Shown here: positions 1-12,085 of the stretch, piece after piece
How the letters are laid out: every line of letters starts with the position of its first letter
Numbering within the stretch: the stretch's first letter is position 1
Source of the DNA: Squalus acanthias
Lineage: Eukaryota
Direction: 5' to 3'
DNA: 64,000 bases
Assembly (NCBI GenBank): GCA_030390025.1
Contig: CM059432.1
Location: forward strand, 100,256,001-100,320,000
Position numbers and translations under genes: made by a program
Notes under the pieces: model-generated
Told to the model about the DNA's origin: nothing
Database searches by the model: none
What the model saw: the letters and a program-made list of their open reading frames with translations, nothing else

Positions 1-896
1 TGTAGCGTTCTTGGACTTTATTGGTTAGGTTTCATCGGCCAAGTTTGAAGGGGTATCCCTTTTCGCCTAGCAGCCATCCCTCAAGTCTGCTTCCAGGTCC
101 AAGGACTTTAGGGAGCTTGGACTTCTGCAGGATGAAAGCATCGTGGTAGTTCCCCGGGAAACTTGTGCATACCTGCATAAATATCGTTTTGTGATTGCAC
201 ACCAGCTGCACATTGATGGAGTGGAAACTCCTGTGGTTCACAAATACTCCTGGTTGATCTGAGGGTGTGCGGATTGCCACGTATGTGCAATCGATGACGC
301 CCTGCACCTGTGGGAAGCTAGCCAGAGACACAAACCCGAGTGACCGCTCATTCTGACTGGTATCATCAGAGGTGAAATTCATATAATTGCCAGCCCTGGC
401 AATTACATGACATTAGCCACCTGTCTTATACATTTGTGGGCCGTCGACTGGGAGATCCTGGATATGTCTCCGTCAGAGCCCTGGAAGGATCTGGAGGCAA
501 AAATTTGAGCACGGTAGTCACTTTGGCAGCTGCTGGTAACGTGTGGCCATCAGGTCCAGCAGGGAGCAGTTATTCTTCTAGGAGGCTGCAGATGTCTGCC
601 ACAACCTGACGTGACAATCCGAGCCTCCAGAAGCACTGCTGTTCTGAGAGGTCAAGAAAGCTCAGCCTCTGCCTGTACACCCTGTTATGCGGGTCGTGCC
701 TCCTGCGAGCTGTACCCCGCTGCTGCTCCCCTCTCTGCTGTTCAGCTGCAGGTCTGTCAACAGCAGCCTGTTGCTGCTGGTGCTCTCCTCTATAATGTCC
801 AGTTCCAGGTCTGTCAACAGCAGCCTGTTGCTGCTGCTGATGGTCATATTGCACTTCGTTTAAGGTTCAATCTAAGGCAGCCAATGCAGCATCCAT
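1..896 (-). pseudogene. Harbinger (HARBI1-like) DDE transposase relic
   Basis: Motifs HNRVYRQRLSFL, GVIDCTYVAI, FHSINVQLVC and WLLGEKGYP, with stops and frameshifts. Confidence 0.9.
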
Positions 897-1565
897 CTTG
901 ATCTGATTCAGAAAACCTCCAAAGTGTAGAAAGTAAACTCTCAGCAAAACGTACTGTTGTTGTGGCTGCCGCGAAACACGAATTAAGGCCGAGTCCATGT
1001 GTGGAACACAAAGCTTTTAATTACATCTGCCTGGTAAAATGGCTGCTAACAAAACTCATCTGAAAACTCTGAGGCCACGCCCACTCCTTTTCTCCTGCCT
1101 TAAAGGCAAGGTGCCTTAAAGGCAAGGTGCCCGATTTATTGTCCACGGACGGAAAAGTGGATTGCGCCCGTTTAGGTGGCGATCCGCCACACTGTCAACA
1201 AACTCTTTCTCACTATTAGGTAAGAAAGCAGCTGTGAGTACCAAGTATTTATTGGAGTATTTGCATGACTTTTAATCAGCCCCGTCAATTGCCTTTGTGT
1301 TCTTGCCTTGGTTTCAATAGTGAGTTTCAGGAAGACCAGGAAACCCGTGGATGCGCCATTAAATTTAAAACTGTATTGAAATATTGCCCCAATTGAGCGA
1401 TTAGCATATGCCGAGGGGGTTATGTGCAACCAGCCTAAAGCACCCGAGTTAAATGCGGAAGTCGGTGAGTTGGAGCCAGCTTCCGGACGCGCTCGCATTT
1501 TTGCCAACTTTAACCCCCCCAGTCATATCTAACCCCACACATTCCGCCATGTTAAAAATCCCCCC
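1..1565 (-). mobile_element. PIF/Harbinger element, partial (runs off the window start)
   Basis: Transposase relic at 1-896; terminus ...TTAAAAATCCCCCC followed by TAA. Confidence 0.85.
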
Positions 1566-2189
1566 TAAGCCTAACATTCATTACAAGGAAAATTAATCAA
1601 TCACATAGAGAAGTAAAACCAATAGATCACAGAACACAGATTCATTCAGACCTAATGCACCACCTAGTTGTACATTAATAAATTCAACACAAATATCATA
1701 TTTTAAAAAATCAGTTTAAGTTTAATTTCACAAAATCTCATTTTGACCTATCTTAGTTGAATGAAGCAAATATAAATTAATTTTGACCGGATTTAAATTT
1801 TAATTCATGCTTTCAGTTGTTGAAAAGGAAGTTTTTCCTGAATAAGTAAAATATCAGTAGCATTTTCAACATTTACCACTTGTATTAATGGTAAAAGTTG
1901 TATTGCTTATGCATATCACTGCCACCTAGATTCATTCTTCCCACACATACTATTGAAATGAGTGAGAATGTATTTAGTGCCTTTATCCAGCATGCTTTGG
2001 AAAATAGGCCAAATTGGACAGCAAAGGTTCATGGGGTGCTTACGACTTAAAAAAGGTCAGTACAGCAGTTTGGAACTGCCAACCCAGTAGCTTACACATG
2101 ATAGGGATATCTAGTGTGTTATCAGTTCAAGGTCTGCTCTCTGTACATCTAGTGACTGACGGCCTTGTGGTTGTAAGGATCCATTGTAT

Positions 2190-2571
2190 TGTTGGGTGAG
2201 ATCTTCATACCTCCAGACCAAATAAAATGGTACTCAAGTAAGATTGAAGGAAGGGGAGAGGGGAAATTGTTCAAAACATACATTCAAACCCAATATAAGG
2301 AAAGCCAAACATCCCAGTCAGGCAGAGCTCTTGGGGTGATTCGTAATGCCGCTGCAATTGATAGGAGGAAAACTGATCATTTTTGTGTCCTGGGCACAGA
2401 TATTGAGGTTGTACTGTTTATACCTATTTATGTTAAGCATTGCTTGTAATTGGTAATGAGATTTACATTTACGTTTAAGTAGTTTAATAAAACTATCTCT
2501 ATCGAATCCAGTGGGCGAATTCTTCTATTAATCGATACCAAGTGGGCAAGTAAGATTAAACCACAGCAACA
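2190..2571 (+). mobile_element. Possible old solo LTR
   Basis: TGTTG...CAACA ends, TATA-like ATATAAG near 2294 and AATAAA near 2486; no matching TSD. Confidence 0.3.
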
Positions 2572-2950
2572 AAATGTCTAACTGTAGTTTTCTGTGCATT
2601 TCCCCCATCCCCTTCTGTGTCTAAACCTACTTTCTGAAAGACCTCACCTTTATAATTCTCTCTCCTTCTTAAAATACAAAGGGCTGGATTTCCCGAGTGG
2701 AGGTGAGTTGGCGGCGGGACTGGTAGACGGCGGGTTCTGGTCCCGCTCCCAGCACCCGCCGGTCTGCTGACACAATTTTCTGTTAATTGGGCTAGTTAAG
2801 CCCGCCGTGTGCGTTACCCGGCCTAATCACAAGGTGCAGGTCTGCTGAGCTGCTCTGCTGACGCGTTTGCAACCGGTGTATTTAAGGGGGCCATTTCACA
2901 ATTAGATCTCACGTCATTTCTGATGCTTCCGAGTGCTGGTGCTCTCCACG

Positions 2951-4826
2951 ATGTCTGCAGAGAGACAAAAGGCAGCTCCCCGCTTCAATGATGACTCCCT
3001 CCATGTTCCATATCCAGCTGATGGAAGGAGGAAACCTCCTCAGCAGACAAAGGCAGCCTGGCTGTGAATAGCTGAGGAGGTCAATGCCAGGTCTGTGTTC
3101 AGACGCACCTGGGTCCAATGTAGGAAAAGGTTCAATGATCTCCTGCGCACTGGAAAAGTGAGTATAAAAGCAAACTTACCTTAATTCTGCTGTGCCTGTC
3201 ATCACATCCCCATCACTCTGCATTGCCAACCCTACTCCTGCACATCCTAACTCACCCCAACATCCCTTGCACCATCACCATCCCTCTCTCCCTATGTACA
3301 GAATCACTTCCCCATCTTACTATGCACCCCTCACACCCACCCTCAAGGTTATGTAATGACAACAACAACTCAAAAGGAGAGAGCTTGGTAATGGGAACCC
3401 ACTCCGTCATAGTCTCCCTCTAAACATCTATCCTATCCATTCTTTACACACATTCCATCACTCTCACTGAAACTCCACTTCTTTCCCTCATAGCAGGAAA
3501 AGAGAGCCCAAAATAAGAGGGAGAGGGAGAGAACAGGAGGAGGACCATGATCGTTCTCACAGCTCACCCATGCTGAGGAGGCCGCTCTCAACATTGCGGG
3601 ATCAGTGAAACAGCTTGAAGTGGGGAATGGAGAGAGGGGCTCAGTAGAACAACCTGGTGACAGAATGCTTCTCTATCCATCTTATTTGGCTTTCATGAGT
3701 GACACAGATGGGATCTGATGTCAATAGAAATTGAATGCTCATCATGTGCATAATGGGATGTGTCTGCAATCTACATAACACATGTCTAACTCATGTCTTT
3801 TTTCTCCCACAGGACCATCAAGAGCCCCCCTCCCTACTGTCCAGGAGGAAGAGCAGGAGGACTCCTCAGAGGATGCTGCATCCTCCGAGGGAGCATCATC
3901 AGCAGCAATGAGAGCACCCAGCACCAGCGCAGAGATGCACACCTCGGTGGGTCATTTGCGATAGAGTAGTGTTGTCACCTGGTGTATCACAACTCACAAG
4001 TGAGCAATAGCAGATAGTGGAGACAGGGACAGCAGTGGAGAGTCCTCGTTGGAGGCCTTGGGATACTCCTAGCTCTGCTCAGCTGCATGTAGATGCTGAG
4101 CCTCAGGGGCCATCCAGAAAGAGAGCGGTGCTGGAACTTCAGGAACAAGTGCAGGAGGCTCTGACTGGGTTTGCAACCACGGTGACTGCGAGTGTGCAGA
4201 GAATGGAGGAGTTCATCTCAAACACGAGCAATGCCATGACGCATGCAATGGCAAATGTAGGTACTGCCATGGAAAGGATGGCAACCTCCTTGGAGGACAT
4301 AAATCGCCAGACTCAGAACAACATGGTAACACTTCTAAATAAATGGTCAGCAATGGAGGATAGAAGGGCATCTATCGTGGAAAGGAACCAGAGGTTCTTG
4401 GACGTCCCCGTTATGAGGACTGTCAGTACAGAGACGGGTCCTCATGGCCCCACTGATGTGCAGCAAGGTGCTCTCCAGCTACTTGCTAGCAGAAAAGAGT
4501 GGGTGGCCCATCAGAGGGATGATGGTGGGAGGGGACATGCAAGTGGGGGCTCCTCTCCAAGCGCTCAAACTTCCATCCCCTTACCGACCCCTCGGTCAGA
4601 GCCCCAGATGACTCCCCAAACAGTGATGGCCAAGTCTGCCCCTGTACAGCCGCAGGAGGAGCAGACTTTGGCGGGGCCTTCACAGGCTCCAAAACCCAGA
4701 GGATGACTGCCAAAGGCGTCTAAGCAGGCGCAGCAGGGAAGTGAGCAGGCTGCCTCTACATCTGCTGAAGCCACAGGGGTAGCAACACATAGAAACACGC
4801 GTAAGAGAAAGCTGCCACATAAATAA
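2951..4826 (+). pseudogene. Harbinger Myb/SANT-like DNA-binding gene relic, 3 exons
   Basis: MSAERQKAAPRFND...CRKRFNDLLRTGK|gtgagt; exon 2 EKRAQNKRERERTGGG; exon 3 GPSRAP...RKRKLPHK*; internal stops and a deletion. Confidence 0.85.
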
Positions 4827-5009
4827 TCACAAGGGTACTCACTTGGGTGTTCTGCTAGAAATCAATGTTAAGTTTCTGTTCTTTTACTCTATTGGAATAA
4901 ATTAATGTTGTATGAATGTTTGAAATTGGTTGCCATATGTGTGGTCTCAATTTGAAGTGGCACATTGAAGGGTGAGGGCGCCTTTTATGTCCAGCAATGG
5001 TGGTGACAG

Positions 5010-6133
5010 TGCAAGGAATGCACAGATCATTGCAGAGATGCTCTATGGTGTTGAAGTGTGGTCACAGCAACCTTCATGTGAATGTGGCAGCCACAAGTCT
5101 GTGCACAGGGCACAGCAGACAACGATGATTCTTGAGACACTGGCTGGTGCACACTGTAGAGTTCTACCAGATCTGTCCAGCCATCTGTAGCGCTTTTTAA
5201 GCAACCCTATTGTTTGCTCTTTGAGACCTCTGGTGCAAATGTGGCTTTGATTGTAACGCTCCTCAGACTCGTTTGATGGCCTCCTAAATGGTGTCTTGAG
5301 GCACGTCTTCAGGGGATAGCCCTTGTCTCCAAGGTGCCAGCAAGAAGGTTCGTTCGGCGGAGCGAAGAGCTGAGGGACAGTGGACTGGCGCAGGATGCAA
5401 GAGTCATGGCAGCTGCCAAAGAACTTGGTGCACACATGCATGCTGCTCTTCCTATGGTTGCACACCAGCTGCACGTTAAGTGAGTGGAAGCCCTTGCGCT
5501 TGACAAATGCGGCTGGGTTCTGATGGGGTGCCCTGATGGCCATGTGTGCATTCGATGACGCTCTGCACCCGTGGGAAGGCAGCCAGATTGACAAAACCTA
5601 GCGCCCGCTCGGTAACACTTCCCTCATCAGTGGCAAAGTGGATGTAATTGGCGGACTTGGCAAAGAGGGCATCAGTAACCCGCGTGATGCATCTGTGGGC
5701 GGCTGACTGGGAGCTGCCGCTAATGTCTGCTGCTGATCCCTGGAAGGACCCTGACACAAAGAAGTTGAGGGCGGTGGTGATTTTGACAGCCACTGGTAAG
5801 GCGTGTCCACCTGCTCCTCTGAGCTGCAGGGCTTGATCGAGCATTGAGCAAATGTCTGCGACTACCTGTCGCAAAAGTCACAGCCTCCTTTGGCACTGCT
5901 GCTCAGTCATGTTGAGGAAGCTCATCCTCTGCCTGTAAACCCTGTGTTGGGGGTATCTCCTCCGGCGCAGTGCAGCCCTGCGCTGATGGCCACTGCCCTC
6001 CGCAGCATCAGGTGGTTGAGGACAAGGTTGGCGCTCTTGTTGTTGTTGCTGCTGGTGTGCCTGGTTCTGCTGTTGCTGTGGCTGATCCTCCTCAGATTCT
6101 GAGGACCAGGATGAGAGTATAAAGCGTTCCCAT
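5010..6133 (-). pseudogene. Harbinger transposase relic
   Basis: [46 protein letters not shown] and EQTIGLLK, spread over several frames. Confidence 0.9.
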
Positions 6134-7299
6134 TGTGCTGTTATATATGGCAGTTGAGGATGAGATGTTATAAGCATTCAGTCAATGCGGAGATAGGTTT
6201 TTCCAAGGAGGTGACAGTGCATATAGAGATAACACCACACACTTACAGCCTCAAGACAGATCAACTGTGTCTTCCAAATCCTGAAATCACCAACCTCTGA
6301 TATTTGAAAGTGAACAGATGTGAGAGTCCAGCATTTATACTGCAGTTGCAGCTGTGAACTATGCAGCTCGCTGCTTCTCCCGACATACTTACCTGACATG
6401 ATCTTCGAACATCATGAAACCCATTGAAAATGCGGGAAAATAGGAAAAGGCTGTCAAAATAGCAATTAACAAGTACATAACAAGGAGTTAAGTATCTTTA
6501 ATCCCTCACCCGCCGCTTGGTGTCGAGTCTGCTCTGAAATCGCAGACCCGACATTTTGGAAACTCACACGGAGGCGGGATGTGGTGGGTTTCCAACCTGC
6601 CGTCAATCATTGCGAGTTTAACAGCTGACCCGCCTCCAAACCCGCCCTATGAGCCCCGCGAAAATCGCGGCCAAAGTCATCGCATTTCATATGAGGCAGT
6701 ATATTGCATTTTAATAGCATTATGAAAACTGTCTGAACCTTGAGACGTTTAGGAAATAAAACTGACAATTGACTGGAAGAAAAATGATTTGCTGTTGTCA
6801 AAGAGACATTTATTAAACTCATCCCACTCAGAAAGATCATTAATTTCAATAGAGAATATTTAGCATTGCAAGTGTCTAGTGGAATGAATGGATAATGGAA
6901 AAATTCATAATGACAGAATGCTCGAGCCAGCGATATAATAAATCTTCTCGGACTGTGCCCACCTATTCATCAATTTTCTAGGACTGTGCCCACCTATTCA
7001 CAAGTGTACAACCACTTGTGGTGTTTACTAGATTAATGTCTTTGATATTTGATACAGATTGCTTCCTTGACAAAAGTTAGAAAATAGTCAGTAAAATGTA
7101 CAGATCTTTTTTCTAAAGTTAACCTAGTATTATATTTTAAAGAACCTGTTGATACATTTAGTATAATTTGTGAAACGACACTTCAAAACCATCTCAATGA
7201 AAATAAATGTTAAGACACACCAGAGCATCTACCAGAATTTGTATCAAGTAAAGAAAAATAAAGCGCAGTGAAAACTGAGCTCTCGTCTGTCTCTAAGAT

Positions 7300-8200
7300 C
7301 AAGACTATTCATCAAGATGGATCTGCCACCTCTGCACACCACCAGCTCCTAGCTTCCTTCTCCACGGCTCCCACCTATTCTAGCCCAAAACCTTTGTCAT
7401 TTTGCAATGTCTCTCCCATCCTCCCCTTCTGTTCCCCTCCCCACTCAACTACTCATTTCTCAACTCTACTTCCTGCCCTCCCCATGTGAACGGACATCAT
7501 CATTGGCTTCTTTTCCTCAGGCCCCATCCTACCCCCTCTTTAAAAAAATACCTTCAACCCATCCATCCTCTCCAAAACCAACTCCATCTCTAACCTCCCT
7601 AAGGTCTCAACTGTGTCACCATCTCCCATCTCCATGCTCATCCTTCCTGACGCTCCCTATTCAAATCCCCCATAATGGCTTCAGCAATTCTCACAGCACT
7701 GAAATGGCTCGAGCTAAAGTCATCAATGGCATCCTTTATGACTGTGACCAGAGTGCATTATCTCTTCTTGTCAACCTCGACATACCTACAGAATTTTACC
7801 TGGTTAACTACCCCATCATCCTCCAACATCTCTTCATATACACACCTTGCATTATTCCACTACTTTTCTTCCTTATTTACATGCTTCCCCACAAGCACAT
7901 GAGCAACCTTGATGTCCTGTTCAAGTTTTAAACTCCATATCCTCTCTATCACTAAGACCACTTATTTCCACCTCTGCAATATGGCCTGCCTCTGTCCCTA
8001 CTTCTGCCTCTCAACTACTGAAAGCCTTTACCATGCCTTTATCACCTCCAGACTCTACCCAACTGCCCTTCTTAACTGCCTCCCATCCTCCACCCTTTGA
8101 ACACTCAAACCTGTCCAAAATTCTGCCATTTTTAACCTGTCTCATATTAAGTTCTATTCACCCCGTCCTGGACTGCCAGATAAATAAATAGCTTGAGCCT
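7300..8200 (+). mobile_element. Degenerate L2-clade LINE fragments
   Basis: C/T-rich; HSTEMA-type RT segment and YFHLCNMACLCP / HAFITSRL segments typical of L2 ORF2. Confidence 0.7.
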
Positions 8201-8335
8201 GTCCTAATCTGCACCACCTTTTTTTAACATGCTCAGAGCAGTGTTAATTCATACTCTGAGATTCTAAAGTAGAAAATCAGGAACAAATGAAAATGACTAC
8301 AGGTACAGCACCACAGTCTATATGAACCAATCACA

Positions 8336-8614
8336 GGGATAGAAATTAATCTTGGGCGATAGCACAAAATGGGCGTATCGTAGCTGCCACCCGTTATACT
8401 GCCCGCCCAATATTCAGTTCCATTAACTTCAACAGGACTGAATATATGACAAGCAACCGATGCGATACGACCAGTGTGGGGCTGTTGCCCAAGTTGAATT
8501 TCTCCCCCAGATTGTTTACTCTGTGGCTGCCCAGAAAGACGTGGGGTGTCAGCAGTCTGCTACCACCTGCTACTCTTGTGGTCATAAACTCAGTGGCCCC
8601 CTGAAAATCAGACC
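8336..8614. mobile_element. Harbinger-type MITE, degenerate
   Basis: Ends GGGATAGAAATT... and ...GAAAATCAGACCC. Confidence 0.45.
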
Positions 8615-9614
8615 CTTTATTGTCAAATGCATTTTCAGGAAAACAACTTATCAACTTCACTGTTATGCTTTGTATTTTCTTTGTTAGTGTATAGTATTGT
8701 AATTAGCAGGGATTATAAATCATTTGAAATAATATCCTGCTCTCGGTACTTCTGTAAATAGTATAGTTGAGCTAACTGCTCTGAGATGCATCAGAGTGAC
8801 TTAGGGTTGACTAGTCCTAATTCTCCTTGTTTCCCTGTAGGCAGGCATTTCATCTCTACTTGTTACCAATGTCTAGCTGGCCAGTTGATATTGGAAACTC
8901 ATTATTATGTGATGAATCATGGACCCAAAACCGCATTGAAATACTCCATGATAAATCACATTAGTAAACTGGCATAGAGATGAAATTTTTCTTGCTGTGC
9001 TACTTGTATTGTATTTGTATCAAATTTCAGTGTGTGCTATTTTAACAAAAGTGATTAACTATTTATTTCAACAAAAGTCATTAATCATTTATTTTAAATA
9101 AGTTGACACCTTCATTTAAAAAGCATACACAGGAATTTGAAGCAAATGTATTAACCAGTACGTTAAAAATAGCACGAGGAATTTCAACTCAATGGTTGCG
9201 TTCCTGGGGCATCTGCGGAACTTTCAATGAGGACTAATAACAGCATCAACAAAAGGGTACAAATACAATACTTACATTTCAGTGACTTCTATCAATAACC
9301 CATAATACTTATTGATGCCTTTGACCCTCTGATCTCTCTGATCGTAGCCACAGCACTCCAGCTATGGCTTGTCTTTTCACCTAACACGGATACCTCCAGA
9401 GTCCCCCAAAGGCCTATCCTTGGTCCCTCTTTTCCCAAATCTACATGCTGCCCCTTGATGATATCATGTGCAGACATGGGGCCAGTTTCCACATATGCTG
9501 ACAATACCCAGTCCTACCTCTCCACCACCTCTCTTGGCCCTCTGTCATCAGTCCAACATCTAAACTTTGATGCATCTCAATTTCATCCACAACATTGGGA
9601 AAACTAAAACCTAT

Positions 9615-10487
9615 GGGGGAGAAATTCAGTATCGCCCCAGTTGGGGCGCAATTATCGGCCGGGCAAAAAGATTAGCGCCTGGCGCTAATTATCGCCTCCG
9701 ACTGCAAACTTGACTTTTATCACCCCTGGAGGTGATTGGAGCGCTAAATCAGGCACTTCACACCTGTCTTAAGGCGCAATGGCCGAGGAGCGAGGCGCTA
9801 CCTCAGAGCGCTGGCGAAGCTCATGTGATGTCAGTCAGCAATGGAACACACACACAATGGCGCCGGCCAGTTCTTAAAGGGGAGGGTTGATCTTGCTTTC
9901 CATCCACATCCTGCTCTTTGCAGCCTTGAATCTCGGCCTGGAGAGACCTGTACATCAAATCTGCTGGAAAGAACAATGGAGAGGCCCAGGGAAAGATCTC
10001 AAGAGTGCAGCCCCCACAATCTCTTCTAAATCGATACAAGGAAGGGCAAATCAAAATGAACCTGCAAAGTGCTGCTCAGTACCCAAAACTCCTTTACACA
10101 GCGTTGAATCTCTCCAGAAGTCTCTCTCTCTCTCAGAATGCGTGGTTCAAAAATGTCACCAACAAAAAAAGGCAGGAAGCGCTCCCCCAGTCCCTTCCTG
10201 ACTGCAAAATGCTCCCCTCAACCTGTCGTTGCTAGCGGCAGGCGGTAAGGCAGGGGGCGCCACTCAATATCCGCTCCGGGGCGCTACCGGGGCGTTGCGC
10301 ACTCGACTGATGTCACGATCTGCCAGAGCAGGAGATCGTGGCGGTAGTGTTTAGTGCCGCCGCAAAATGTCTAGTTAATTTTGCGAGCGGCGCAAACATT
10401 GCCGCGCCTGGGCGCTAGTTGCTTTGCGCCCCATTAGCGCCCTCTTAAGGCGCTAACGGGAGGCGCAACCAACTGAATTTTTCCCGC
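9615..10487 (+). mobile_element. GC-rich Harbinger/Tourist-like MITE (family A)
   Basis: TIRs GGGGGAGAAATTC / GAATTTTTCCCGC; internal similarity to 27169-27848; splits an L2 fragment. Confidence 0.85.
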
Positions 10488-10498
10488 ATTGTCTTTGG

Positions 10499-10640
10499 AA
10501 CAAAATGCAAAATACTGCAGATGCTGAAAATCTATAATAGAAACAGAAAATGCTGGAAACACTCAGCAGGTCAGGCAGCATCTGTGGAGAGAGAAAGCTA
10601 GAGTTAATGTTTCAGGTCGATAACCTTTCATCAGACCTGG
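10499..10640 (-). mobile_element. Penelope-like element end fragment with a hammerhead-like motif
   Basis: Same sequence as the arms of the 11350-11561 hairpin; minus strand reads CTGATGA-AAGGTTATCGACCT-GAAAC at 10609-10634. Confidence 0.6.
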
Positions 10641-11349
10641 GAGAGATTACAGAGAGATGTATTGTCTTGGGACCCTGCCTCAAACTCTGTACCCTTACTA
10701 CCGATTCCACTCCCTTTACTGGCCACCATCACAGGCTGAACCAGACTATTCGCAACCTTGGCATCTGATTTGATCCCGAGCTGAGCATTTGATGAAGGCT
10801 TCTTACTTCTACCTCCATATCATCCCCTCTACCTCAGCCCATTTGTCACTGAAAACCTTATCCATGCCTTTGTCACCTCAAACTCAACTATTCCAAAGAT
10901 CTCCTGGGTGTGTACCTCTGCTGTCCATATTCTATCCTGCATCAAGTCCCATTCACCCATCTTATCCTTGCTAACCTACATTTGTTCCCAGTCCCATAAC
11001 AAGTTCTCATCCTCATACTTAAATCCCTTCATGACTTCACGCCTCCCTGTCTCTGTAGCCTCCTTCAGCCCTACGATGCCTCCCCCCAAACTTTACATTT
11101 TTCTGACTCTGATCTCTAATACATTCCCTCCCCCTTCACTCCACTGCTGGCAGCCATGCCTTCAGCCACCTAGGCCGTAAGTTCTGAAATTTCCTTCCAA
11201 AACCTCTCCACCTCTCTCTCTTCCTTTAAGACCCTCTTTAGAGCCCACCTCTTTCATCCCTCCCAATACGTCCTTCTTTCATTTTTCGATAAAGCCTCTG
11301 GGAAGCACTTTAGGACATTTTTCTACATTAAAGGCATTATATAAATGCA

Positions 11350-11561
11350 AAATAAAAACAGAAAATGCTGGAGATACTCAGCAGGTCAGGCAGCATCTGT
11401 GAAGAGAGAAACAGCGTTAACGTTTCAGGTCGTCAGAAAGGTCATCGACCTGAAACGTTAACTCTGTTTCTCTCTTCACAGATGCTGCCTGACGTGCTGA
11501 GTATCTCCAGCATTTTCTGTCTTTATTTCAGATTTCCAGCATCCGCAGTATTTTCTTTTTG
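11350..11561. mobile_element. Inverted (hairpin) Penelope-like end fragment
   Basis: 83-bp arms (11350-11432 / 11446-11528, about 3 mismatches) with a 13-nt loop; flanked by TATAAATGCAA / TATAAGTGCAA. Confidence 0.75.
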
Positions 11562-11691
11562 TATAAGTGCAAGTTGTTGTTATTGTGTAAAGAATGTACC
11601 TGTGTTCACTGGCATAAGGAGGTTGATATTGCCAAGAGCAATTTCTAGTCCAGTGTGTTTCTAATGTTGAGAAATAGCAGACTATCATTTA

Positions 11692-11845
11692 AGGCAGTAA
11701 TTTCCACATGGGTTCTCCCGATCTCCCGCTGTAACTCTGATGGAAACCCAGGAGAAATGGTGTAACCAGCTGTTTACGCCATTGCGCCAAGTTTCCGTCA
11801 AAGTTACTGCAGGAGCTCATGGAATCCTCGCAGAAATTCTGACCC
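11692..11845. mobile_element. Short palindromic MITE
   Basis: Imperfect fold-back over its whole length; related relic at about 16670-16827. Confidence 0.55.
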
Positions 11846-11879
11846 ATAATTTTTCGCCATCATTTTGGATTCCTTGAAA

Positions 11880-12085
11880 CTGTCAGTAAGGTAGATAAAG
11901 CCAGAAAAAGGCCAATAGTATTTGGGGTTTTATGAATAAATACAATAATAAATTTATACAAGGTACGGGCTAGGCTACAGTTAGAGTACTGTACACAGTT
12001 TAGGTCACGTTATTATAGAAAGAATATTAAACTCATAGGGAGTGTACAGCATCGATTCGGTAGGGTGACACCAGGGATGAAAAAC
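11880..12085 (+). mobile_element. Old CR1 fragment
   Basis: Degenerate LEYC.QF-type CR1 ORF2 3' segment. Confidence 0.55.

Larger units (their letters stand above)
2681..6672. mobile_element. Full-length degenerate Harbinger element (Myb gene +, transposase -)
   Basis: Imperfect TIRs GGGCTGGATTTC / AAAATCGCGGCC, AAA on both flanks, two convergent gene relics inside. Confidence 0.9.
9280..11345 (+). mobile_element. L2-clade LINE 3' region, interrupted by a MITE and a Penelope-like fragment
   Basis: GVPQG.ILGP- and YADN-like relics at 9400-9510; 3' tail ...aaggcattatataaatgcaa...gttgttgtt. Confidence 0.75.

Noticed and set aside
1655..1935. Partial CTCF-like words (GCACCACCTAGTTG, TGCCACCTAGA)
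   Set aside because: Partial matches of a kind expected by chance in 64 kb.
6948..7001. 20-bp direct repeat GGACTGTGCCCACCTATTCA
   Set aside because: Small local duplication with no associated structure.
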